Below are positions 9,901-17,799 of a stretch of 46,810 bases of DNA, piece by piece. Each line of letters starts with the position of its first letter. The stretch's first letter is position 1. Source of the stretch: an uncultured archaeon (GTDB lineage: Archaea > Thermoplasmatota > Penumbrarchaeia > JASLWR01); assembly GCA_964342815.1 (NCBI GenBank), contig CAYFHS010000034.1, positions 1 to 46,810 on the forward strand, given 5' to 3'. The translations under genes were made by a program, and so were the position numbers. The notes under the pieces are model-generated. The model saw nothing but the letters and a program-made list of their open reading frames with translations, searched no databases and was not told where the DNA came from.

Positions 9901-11497
9901 TGTATAGGTTGTAATGACTGAAATCCGGGCTGGTATTGGGATCCCATTCTATTTTCACATTGAAACCCTCATCATCAGGCACATCGTACCCGGTGAGACC
10001 GCTGGCGCCCACGGGGGGATTATCAATGCATTTTCCGGAGCCGTTCTTTACCTCCGGGTTCACGTTACCCCAAATGTCCGTCACCGTGACGGCAAAGTAG
10101 TATTTTTTGTCATCCACCAACGGTGTTCCCGCGATCTCGTTAATAAGATGCGTCGTATTACCCGCATCGGTGATATTGGAGATTATCGGGCTCATGCCGG
10201 ATACATTGGTGATGGGGGATGTGTCCGCGTAAAGATCGTATCGCTCAAAATCCCACTGGATACTTTTGGACCATCGGACAAATAGATGTCCTCCACCATC
10301 GAACTGCCTGTCCCAGGTAACGACGTTCTCGATCTTTGGAAGAGGTGTAGTATCCTCAACGTAGCTTTCAAGTCCGAACAGTATGATGTCATCTATATAG
10401 TAACCACTCGCGACGCCTGCGCCGTCTGAAGTGAATCGGAACCTGAATCTAATGGTTCGCCATTGGCTGCCCCAGAATCCGTTCACGGGGACTCCGAGCC
10501 CCTTTGGTTCGTCAGGATCTTCACGCCCGTTTCGGTTCAGATCGCTGTACCATCTCATGAACGACCATGTGTTGAATCCGCCAATCTCCCCGGGATTGGT
10601 GAATATATTTCTGACATTGCCGAAATTATCGTAGGTTAAATCATCTATGTAGAATTTGTCCTCGGTATCCGCCCTGGTGCCCACCATCTTGAACGCGTAG
10701 GTAGGTTGATAGGTCAGATCGGAGTAGGAAGAATACATGCGGGAAAGATCGAATTCGGGCGAGATCAACTCCACATCAATGTTGTTCTGGTATTGCCCGT
10801 TGTCCCCACCCATGTACCACGCCCAGTCCTGTGTATGATCCCCCGTGGGATTCAGTGGATTGTCCACACGGTGCCATGTATCGGGTCCACCCATTCTTGC
10901 CATGGTGGTCCAGAGCCCTTCTCCCTGCTCGCAGTCGTCCGCCCATTTATTCGCCCAGCCGTTCATGGATTTTCGATCATTGCTTCTATCGCTGTCACCG
11001 GTTACGTTAACGCTCGCAGTTATATTGTAAAGATAGGAAAAAAGGAATCGAAACGGAAAAACCACGTTTGCGGCACCGCCGCCTGCGATATTGGGAATTG
11101 TCAGGGTTGTATTGTAGACTTCTATGACCTGTGGCCTAGGAGTTACGTTTGCGGTCCATATCTCGAAATAAACGTCAACGTTGTTTATTGCGTTGCGCAT
11201 GTTATTGTTGACCGTCACCGTGAATCTTGTAGTCTTGCCCACGATACCGATACTGTAGTTGCCCACTCGGCCGGCCTCGGCAAGCTCCCAACCGCCGACA
11301 CCGCCTTCGTAAGCGATGTTTGCCACCGATACCTCGGTAACGGCCCTGGTACCGATAAACTCCTCTTCGGAGACCGGTCTTGTGTTTATCTCGGCAGTAT
11401 CGTGTCGGTTCAATGTTTCCATTGGGATACCGCTCACGATTATTACGAGCAATGAGACGAAGATACAAATTCCAAAACTACTAATAACTCGATTCAT
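6926..11497 (-). CDS. Single-pass surface protein: N-terminal beta-sandwich domains, six FN3-like repeats, TM, acidic tail, coiled coil, C-terminal Zn ribbon
   Basis: 1523 aa with an N-terminal hydrophobic signal. Six repeats of the DxPxDxGxxxxVxW...DFxxYxIY type, a TM followed by RKKKRK, an E/A-rich tail, and terminal CYSC...CPTC. Confidence 0.85.
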   Translation of the reverse strand: MNRVISSFGICIFVSLLVIIVSGIPMETLNRHDTAEINTRPVSEEEFIGTRAVTEVSVANIAYEGGVGGWELAEAGRVGNYSIGIVGKTTRFTVTVNNNMRNAINNVDVYFEIWTANVTPRPQVIEVYNTTLTIPNIAGGGAANVVFPFRFLFSYLYNITASVNVTGDSDRSNDRKSMNGWANKWADDCEQGEGLWTTMARMGGPDTWHRVDNPLNPTGDHTQDWAWYMGGDNGQYQNNIDVELISPEFDLSRMYSSYSDLTYQPTYAFKMVGTRADTEDKFYIDDLTYDNFGNVRNIFTNPGEIGGFNTWSFMRWYSDLNRNGREDPDEPKGLGVPVNGFWGSQWRTIRFRFRFTSDGAGVASGYYIDDIILFGLESYVEDTTPLPKIENVVTWDRQFDGGGHLFVRWSKSIQWDFERYDLYADTSPITNVSGMSPIISNITDAGNTTHLINEIAGTPLVDDKKYYFAVTVTDIWGNVNPEVKNGSGKCIDNPPVGASGLTGYDVPDDEGFNVKIEWDPNTSPDFSHYNLYISDEQIVSLDVLEPIATNVTATNMTFSNLTNDQGYFFGVTSEDESIPGIENLTVTPNNIIGPIIPVDNLPPEKVSNIMAIDTPNDEGSSIQVSWDACTAPDFDHYRIYVNTEKIRNVDALPVEMDGLTENFTMVKTMNSNKLIDETDYYIAVVAVDVSGNYNKEVVSSSPTESLENIPPIPVSVRNASDTPDDEGGSITVKWWSSSDSDFDHYNIYISNSSFERVDEMEVQTTVDNITVQTAELYHYGSKPLVDLYEKYWIAVTAVDRLGNENYSVTSFGPVVCRENMAPDPIYIIEAYDTPHDGGNSITAEIEKSLEDDVVAYEIYVRRTTFGDILGRTPEMVIDATGWNGSVITTEITTMKGESIENGRDYYIAVSAIDLSGNQDETKVMPFGPVRCWENVAPEKVKGLSVYDRPDDAGGVLSVEWNQSEEADFAYYEIFVFDRRVGEIKQLHTPFVVYPERVDGSQLLERGETYAEVDKYQGKTLKDDTGYYVAIVIYDLLGNFNNKVEFYGPVMAKKNIFPSLEIPGMYPPDLSIYKDEKLILSINVTNPLDDDYDINWYLNGLMDRSQHSDRYRKTITKTGTFNITVHLENDDGDVHDSYTWTVKVREPEKEVPPTFLEERGASLIFGVIALIIICIIALGLIIFRKKKRKDKEEEMAVPRHIIVDGEEASEGGTMEGESPVPPTVGTTDVRVTTESLAPEGSAVGSEPESPGLESGVTEKILALPPHEEGGDEAGKSVKKTVARRVRRKVRKRKAKALPEAAGKEGELLALPPGDTSVLGAEDQETADSEEKIAAEESPGEKIETEAAEAPDIEVPEETAETVNEPESTPSEQTEQATEAPEETVRTEELTETPEEAVSTEAAAETAVEESPDAAAELQVIAQQYEAITAEAAAVREKLAGIQDEQEKQAVIAQYAALEAQVADLQAKAAHLQVPAAAQLQAPPAAAEPVTVQCYSCQSLLTIEDTTRPLMIACPTCGAESLLEV

Positions 11498-11653
11498 TTG
11501 AATTCCCCGGATTGTCTAGTACTATTTATCTTATTGTTTTTAATTATATTTCCCTTTTTTTATTGTATTTATTGGGGTTCCCCTTCCTTTCCATCGTTGA
11601 TATAACTGTAAAAAACACAGCTGGAAGCCTACAAGAACCCTTGAGGAATTAAA

Positions 11654-12319
11654 TCATAGGGACCTTTTTAACATTTCGACATTTTTAACAACATTCGCCC
11701 TCTTATTGAAAATCGCACTTCCCGCCACCAATACGTCAGCTCCTGCATCCCGGGCAGCCCTGATGGTAGATACGTTTATACCACCGTCAACCTCTATGAG
11801 CGTGTTTGCACCCTGACGGTCTATCTCTGAGCTTAGTTCTTTTATTTTATCAAGGGATCCGGGAATGAAGCTCTGACCCCCGAAACCGGGGTACACGCTC
11901 ATGACGACAACGAGGTATAGATCCCTCAACGATTCCCTAAGGATGGAAACTGGTGTGCCAGGACTAATGGCAGCTCCCGCTTTTACTCCTCTTTCCCGTA
12001 TTTTCCCTATGATCTCCTCAAGCTCACCGTGACTTTCGCTGTGAACGGTGATTAGTTGGGCGCCAGCGTCTATAAAGTCTTCCAGGTAATCACATGGATT
12101 TTCTATCATGAGGTGTACGTCCCTGAAAAGGGATGATCTTCGCGCAATTGCCGAAACTACCAGAGGGCCAATGGTGATGTTGGGGACGAAATGTCCGTCC
12201 ATTACATCGATATGTAGCCATTTTATTCCGGCATTTTCAGCCTCTGTGATATCCTTTCCAAGATTCCAGAAATCGGCGGACAGGATCGAAGGGGCCAGTA
12301 TAGGTCGTGGGAAATTCAT
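11654..12319 (-). CDS. rpe: Ribulose-phosphate 3-epimerase
   Basis: Motifs SILSADF, HIDVMDGHFVPNITIG, DVHLMI, PGFGGQ, EVDGGIN, VAGSAIF; overlaps the mvk stop by 4 nt (ATGA). Confidence 0.97.
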   Translation of the reverse strand: MNFPRPILAPSILSADFWNLGKDITEAENAGIKWLHIDVMDGHFVPNITIGPLVVSAIARRSSLFRDVHLMIENPCDYLEDFIDAGAQLITVHSESHGELEEIIGKIRERGVKAGAAISPGTPVSILRESLRDLYLVVVMSVYPGFGGQSFIPGSLDKIKELSSEIDRQGANTLIEVDGGINVSTIRAARDAGADVLVAGSAIFNKRANVVKNVEMLKRSL

Positions 12320-13356
12320 CTTTTCACTCCATCATGATCCTTGGTTGTTTTTGTTTCTTCCAGACGTACTCCTTTCTGGTTTAATTTTAACTGAAATGCG
12401 GTTATGTTGAAACGACCCAGGGCCTCGATCACCTTCGTGGGCTCGGGAGAGATGGCGATGAAACTCCCTCCACCTCCACCTCCGGTCAATTTCGCACCGT
12501 AGGAATGGCGGCGCACTGTCCTCAACAACTTTTCGATAAGGGGGTGGCTGACACCCAGTATGGCCAGCAGCCGGTGGTTTTCATTCATCATTTCACCAAT
12601 ACGCTCAGGATCGTTCTTCTCGATAGCCTCGATGCCCTTTTCCACCACTTCCCCAATCTCATCGATTATCTCCATCCCAAAGGAATTTTTCTCCACGAAT
12701 CTTCGGACCTTGCTTACCTGGCGATCCGTTCTCGCTCGGATTCCCGTATTCCCCAGAACCAGGGTCAGGTCCGGGACATCCATATGATGAATATTCCATT
12801 TCTTATCTTTTCTCGAGGTTTCCCAGAGAAAATTCTCTTTTCTGGTTCGTCGAAGGATCACACCACCCCCGTGGGTGGCAACAGAAGTATCTATTGGTGA
12901 AGCCCCACCTTGGGATTCGTATTCGATGGAAAATGCTCTTTGCGCTATGAGGGCTTCCAGTTTTATACGAGTTTCGTGTTCGATTCCGCGCCCAAGGACC
13001 TTTCCAAGTACTTTCACCGATTTGCCTGTAGCCTCCCTTTTCAAAATGCTCAGAAGAAAAGATGTGCAGACCGATAATGCTGCTGAAGATCCCATTCCCG
13101 TTGATGACTGAATCCCTGATTCCAATTTAAATTCCAGTGGAGTATCATCCCAGAATTCCTTAAGAGCAGTATGAATATATGAATGATGTGCTTTAGTGAG
13201 CGGATAACCGTTCACCGAGTTTTTATCCCCCCTCCTGACACTCATTTTCATCCTGGAATTAACCGCCACAGCCACTGCAGGTTCTCCGTATACCACTGCG
13301 TGTTCACCGAATAGAATGACCTTCCCCGGTGCGGAAACCCAGTTCATAGCCATCAC
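12316..13356 (-). CDS. mvk: Mevalonate kinase (GHMP family)
   Basis: APGKVILFGEHAVVYG, GMGSSAA, SPIDT, GAKLTGGGGGG. Confidence 0.92.
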   Translation of the reverse strand: MMAMNWVSAPGKVILFGEHAVVYGEPAVAVAVNSRMKMSVRRGDKNSVNGYPLTKAHHSYIHTALKEFWDDTPLEFKLESGIQSSTGMGSSAALSVCTSFLLSILKREATGKSVKVLGKVLGRGIEHETRIKLEALIAQRAFSIEYESQGGASPIDTSVATHGGGVILRRTRKENFLWETSRKDKKWNIHHMDVPDLTLVLGNTGIRARTDRQVSKVRRFVEKNSFGMEIIDEIGEVVEKGIEAIEKNDPERIGEMMNENHRLLAILGVSHPLIEKLLRTVRRHSYGAKLTGGGGGGSFIAISPEPTKVIEALGRFNITAFQLKLNQKGVRLEETKTTKDHDGVKR

Positions 13357-13433
13357 ATCATGTTAAAATAAATAATTCTTTTCCAGAAATACTTGAATTA
13401 CGACAATGGACACCAAGAGATGGGTTATGAGAA

Positions 13434-16400
13434 TTAATCCTCTGTCCAGTTCCAATCATCGTCATTTTCTTCAGCATGTTTCATATCGGTTTTTCCGGTC
13501 TTTGCAACAACGCTGTTTTCAACTCTAAATTCGTAATGATGATCCCCTATGCTATTATTTTCATCATTTTTCTCCGTCATGTCAAAATCGGTCGTATCGC
13601 TCTCATCTTCATGCTCATCAGTTTCTCCCAACTCTTCCGTATCCATCCTCCTCTGATATTCTTCATAGTCCTCGTCCTCATAATCTTCCACCTCATTCGA
13701 TTCCATCTCCGGATCATCATCTTCATCGTAATCGGTCTGAAAATCCACTTCGTCAGTTTCTTCTCCCGTATCATCTTCTTCGAAGTAATCGGCATCTTGA
13801 TAATCTTCCACTTCATCCGATTCCATCACCAGATCATCTTCTTCATTATAATCGTCCTCAAAATCCACCTCGTCAGTTTCTTCGCCATCATCATCGTAAT
13901 CGCCGTCATGGTAGTCACCAGGGTAATGATCTACCTCATCCATCTCTACGTATTCTTCAACATCATAATACTCATCTTCCTCATAATCGGAGTGTTCAAC
14001 GATATCCCCGGCGCCCCCGATTCCCATATTACCATCATACTCCACTACATTATCGAGACCGTAATAATCAATGTCATCATCATAGGTCGGTACCTCGCTA
14101 TCGTTTATGGTAAAATCGATCCTGTCGCCGGATAAGATCCTCTTTTTAATCTTCTTCTCCGCTTCTCTATACGACTTTTTCACCTCTTTCTCCCTTATCT
14201 TATCCTCGAGGTTCTTCTGTTCATTGATCAATTTCCGGAATCTCGATTTCTTGCTTTGAAATCTAGTCCGAATAAATATTATTAATGCAAAGAGCAACAC
14301 CACGAGAACGCAAACGGACCACAGCCAATAGTCGATGATGAAATCCCAGCTAGCGGCTATCATACCTTCGTTCTCCCCACTCCCGTTATTCTTCTCCGGT
14401 CCGCGCTCCCCCTTTATGACCACAACGTTCAGGTATTGGATATCCGATGCATTGTCATCATCAGTGACCCTAAAAGTTATCTTGAAATCACCGGGTTCGT
14501 CGAATATCTTGCTTATCATCTTTCCCGAAATTATCGTTCCATTGGGAAATATCCACTCGTAACGAAGTTCCGTGATCGGATCGTCATCCGGATCCGTCGT
14601 TCCGACAGATTTGAAAGTAACCTTTTCCCCCTCTTGCACACTTGAGGGATTCCGCACCGCCACTGCCTTGGGTGGAAGGTTCAAAACCTGTATCTGGATT
14701 GTAGCAGGGAGTGAATCCAGGTCCCGGGAATCCGTAACCACGAGGGATACCGTATAATTCATATCATCCTGAAACTTGTGCGGTGTCGCGTTGCTATCCG
14801 ACGATTCAAAAATCTCCCCGTCACCAAAATCCCACGTGTATTTCACGATCTCGGTCCCGTCAGGAGAATAGGAGCCAACAGGAGAAAATGTGATGAGTGA
14901 TTCAACTGAAATGAACTCGGTAGTAAAAAAGGGAGGTGCTATATGAGAGATTGGTCTCTTTGGGGGTGGAGGAGGTTCCATTACTTCGAGCGTCAGATTA
15001 GATGAATTGTAGCTTACTCTGTCATACCCGTCCCGAACCTTGCAGAATGGAAAGAACATTCCTGTCTGATTATAGGTATGCACCACTTCCGATTCGTCTA
15101 CCCATCCGGTATTATTACCGTCACCAAAATAATATTGATACTGAATCTCCGGAGTGCCTGTTGTGGAGCCCGATGCGTTGAAAATAACACTCTCACCCAG
15201 TAGGACTTTATTCAAGCTCATGGAGAGTTGGGCCGATGGTTTTTCAGGTTCGGGGATTACTTGGACAAATTCCTCATGATAATTATTTGTCTCATTTGAT
15301 TCGTATATCTTGTTCATTGGATCGATTAGAAGACTCAGCATTTGGCCTCCCTGAAATGCTTTCCACTCAAATATCATCTCTATACTTTCATCGTACTCAA
15401 GTACCGGAATGGACCTTTGCTCTTTTACGTTGAGGTCTATGTAAAAATATACCGTTGAATTGTATGCGGGCATCAGATCGAGATTCTTTACCAATACGGT
15501 GGTGGTCATATCCATCCCGTGGTATGGGTCTTCACAACTCTGTTGAAAACTCGTAAGGGCCAGGTCTGAAAAACCGATTTTTAAAATTAGGAATTCACCG
15601 TGTAATATATTTACTTCCTCTTGGAGGTAACCCCATTGTTCTGATTCGTGGTAAATTCGATAAATATTGTAATATGTCGTTCCGCTTTCTTCCTTTGTAA
15701 TATTTATTAACCGCATTTTCACAATACCGTTAGCATCACTTTTCAGGATATATGAAGGGCCTTCACCAATCTCTTCAACGTCTATGGAAACACCCGGTAA
15801 GGATTTGGATGAATAATCCTCGAGAAGCAATTCCATTTCCAATAAAATGTTCAGGGTGGAATCGGTTCCAATGATGGTTTTAGATAAATCTATGGTAATA
15901 TTCAAAGCGTTTACGAGAGCGTGCTGGGTTCTGAAATTCCATCCCTCCGTTACAATGATTGCATCATGAAAGTTAACGTCACTATAATAGATATCCACGG
16001 CATGGGTGCAGTCGCGAACAGCCAGCTTTTCGATATCGACAATTCCACCGCTGCCGTCAATGCTGATCGGGGTTATACAGTTGGAAAAGGTGCAGTAGCT
16101 TAGAAAAATCTCGATATCGGGCTCTTTTATAGTGAGATCGAACCCTTTTTGGCAGTTGTCGAAGGTGGACCCCGTTGCGTTAATGGGGGAATTAAAACCT
16201 GAAATGGGGGAGTACCAATTGTTGAAGGTTAGTTCTTTGAGAATTGCCTCGCTATATCTGAAGTCGTTAACCTGAGCTCCCAAGTTGTTCTCGATGTAAA
16301 ATGTCTCTTCGTTCATGGAGACTGTACAATCGAAGATATCATACCCCTGGCGTGATTCATAATAAATATTTCCTGAGGTGTTGAGGTTAACATTGGCAAA

Positions 16401-17489
16401 TTCCAGGAAAGTGTTGTTGTAAAAAATATTATCGTCCATTATAATACTGGCCCGAGCTCTATCACGATCTACCTCTCGGTTCTCCCCTCTTCTCCCGTCC
16501 GAATCTCCGATAGTTTTGTCAGTACTGTTTGCGAATATACAGTCGCTGACCCTCAAGCCTATTTGAAATTGTATTAAATCCCTTTCGTTCCCCAGGAAGC
16601 TTGTGTTGTGTATTGTAAGGATTTCCGACATCTTGAACAAACCATCGCTGAAAATCGCGTTCTTGTTCCTGTAGAAGGTCGAATTCTTGATCTCACCGGA
16701 AGATGTAGACCTTGTATTCAACCCGTTAATGTTAGAAACTGCGCTGTTTGAAATGAAAAAAACAGAATCGACGAACCTGACGATACCAGTGGAGCTTCCG
16801 TTTATATGCCCTTCCCAGAGCTCGAAAAGCGATCGGTCAATTGTGAAGGTTTCCTCCAGATTTGTAATATAGCTGTTGTTCATGGTCATTTTCCCTAGAG
16901 TAACGCTGTTTCCAGTGACTTGGTTGATTATGGAATTTTCCATTGTGATATTTGAATCAAAACCATATAAACGGATCGGTATATCCGAATCCACAGTAAC
17001 GTTCCTGAAGGTGAGGGAGGAACCGTCTATCACGGTTATGTACGGATCTGTCCCTGCAAAGTTGAAGTAAATTGTGACGTTTTCCATGAGCACATCGGTA
17101 CCATCCGATATGGTAAGGCTCCCATTAATTGTCAGTTTCTTAAGACTGATGTGAATCGAACCGCCCGAATCAAGAATATATGTGGAGGAATGGTTTTCAT
17201 ATTCAAGCGACCCGCCGCAGAGCTGACCGGGTTCTCGCGATAGATTATCCAACCTCTCTTCTATCAATTCCCGGTGGGCTCCAGCCTCAGATACTTTACC
17301 TGGAACATCCGGTATATCGAGTGGATTGTATCGGTTGCCGTTAGGTGGAAAAGTCATCTCCTCTTTGTGCTCATTGAATTCTTTGAAGATGCCTGAGTCC
17401 GCCTCATTATTACGATAGTAGAGAACCATATTCGTAGTGATTAGGGACATTATTAGTAGAATAGCTGTTAATTGTCTTTTCACTGCCAT
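13434..17489 (-). CDS. Single-pass surface protein: parallel beta-helix region, CARDB-like domain, three PKD domains, TM, very acidic tail
   Basis: 1351 aa. N/T/S-rich beta-helix-like repeats, DLALTSF...IDPMNKIYESNETNN (CARDB-like), PKD cores YYFGDG, TWDFGDG and YEWIFP, a TM followed by RTRFQSKKSR, and a D/E/Y-rich C-terminus. Confidence 0.85.
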   Translation of the reverse strand: MAVKRQLTAILLIMSLITTNMVLYYRNNEADSGIFKEFNEHKEEMTFPPNGNRYNPLDIPDVPGKVSEAGAHRELIEERLDNLSREPGQLCGGSLEYENHSSTYILDSGGSIHISLKKLTINGSLTISDGTDVLMENVTIYFNFAGTDPYITVIDGSSLTFRNVTVDSDIPIRLYGFDSNITMENSIINQVTGNSVTLGKMTMNNSYITNLEETFTIDRSLFELWEGHINGSSTGIVRFVDSVFFISNSAVSNINGLNTRSTSSGEIKNSTFYRNKNAIFSDGLFKMSEILTIHNTSFLGNERDLIQFQIGLRVSDCIFANSTDKTIGDSDGRRGENREVDRDRARASIIMDDNIFYNNTFLEFANVNLNTSGNIYYESRQGYDIFDCTVSMNEETFYIENNLGAQVNDFRYSEAILKELTFNNWYSPISGFNSPINATGSTFDNCQKGFDLTIKEPDIEIFLSYCTFSNCITPISIDGSGGIVDIEKLAVRDCTHAVDIYYSDVNFHDAIIVTEGWNFRTQHALVNALNITIDLSKTIIGTDSTLNILLEMELLLEDYSSKSLPGVSIDVEEIGEGPSYILKSDANGIVKMRLINITKEESGTTYYNIYRIYHESEQWGYLQEEVNILHGEFLILKIGFSDLALTSFQQSCEDPYHGMDMTTTVLVKNLDLMPAYNSTVYFYIDLNVKEQRSIPVLEYDESIEMIFEWKAFQGGQMLSLLIDPMNKIYESNETNNYHEEFVQVIPEPEKPSAQLSMSLNKVLLGESVIFNASGSTTGTPEIQYQYYFGDGNNTGWVDESEVVHTYNQTGMFFPFCKVRDGYDRVSYNSSNLTLEVMEPPPPPKRPISHIAPPFFTTEFISVESLITFSPVGSYSPDGTEIVKYTWDFGDGEIFESSDSNATPHKFQDDMNYTVSLVVTDSRDLDSLPATIQIQVLNLPPKAVAVRNPSSVQEGEKVTFKSVGTTDPDDDPITELRYEWIFPNGTIISGKMISKIFDEPGDFKITFRVTDDDNASDIQYLNVVVIKGERGPEKNNGSGENEGMIAASWDFIIDYWLWSVCVLVVLLFALIIFIRTRFQSKKSRFRKLINEQKNLEDKIREKEVKKSYREAEKKIKKRILSGDRIDFTINDSEVPTYDDDIDYYGLDNVVEYDGNMGIGGAGDIVEHSDYEEDEYYDVEEYVEMDEVDHYPGDYHDGDYDDDGEETDEVDFEDDYNEEDDLVMESDEVEDYQDADYFEEDDTGEETDEVDFQTDYDEDDDPEMESNEVEDYEDEDYEEYQRRMDTEELGETDEHEDESDTTDFDMTEKNDENNSIGDHHYEFRVENSVVAKTGKTDMKHAEENDDDWNWTED
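13681..13895. repeat. Imperfect tandem duplication with a 120-bp period (40 aa) in the acidic tail
   Basis: taatcttccac...tcgtcagtttcttc occurs from 13681 and from 13801, encoding GEETDEVDF(E/Q)xDYxExDDxxMESxEVEDY twice. Confidence 0.85.
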
Positions 17490-17799
17490 TATATTATTTA
17501 ACTGGAAAACATTATTTATTTTTATCTTTTATATTTACTAGTACGAGCAATAATGAAAAAAGGCAGATATGAACCTTTCAAAACGCTTTAAAGAAGTTCC
17601 ACTTTAAGAAAAACACCCACCATATTAATGGAAGATTTTCTTTTTTTTTACATTCAACTATACAATTTCTCCTCTCTGAGATAAATGGATCAAGAGTTTG
17701 GTAAAAAAATTTTAAAAAAGATTAATTAATGAACGAGAGATATACCTGATTGTGCAATTTAAATAGACGGGTGTAATCATCCGACTTATTTTCACGGAG

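Noticed and set aside
13434-14130. YxxPhi and acidic dileucine-like sorting motifs in surface-protein tails
   Set aside because: These short motifs are expected by chance in Tyr- and acid-rich sequence; there is no independent support.
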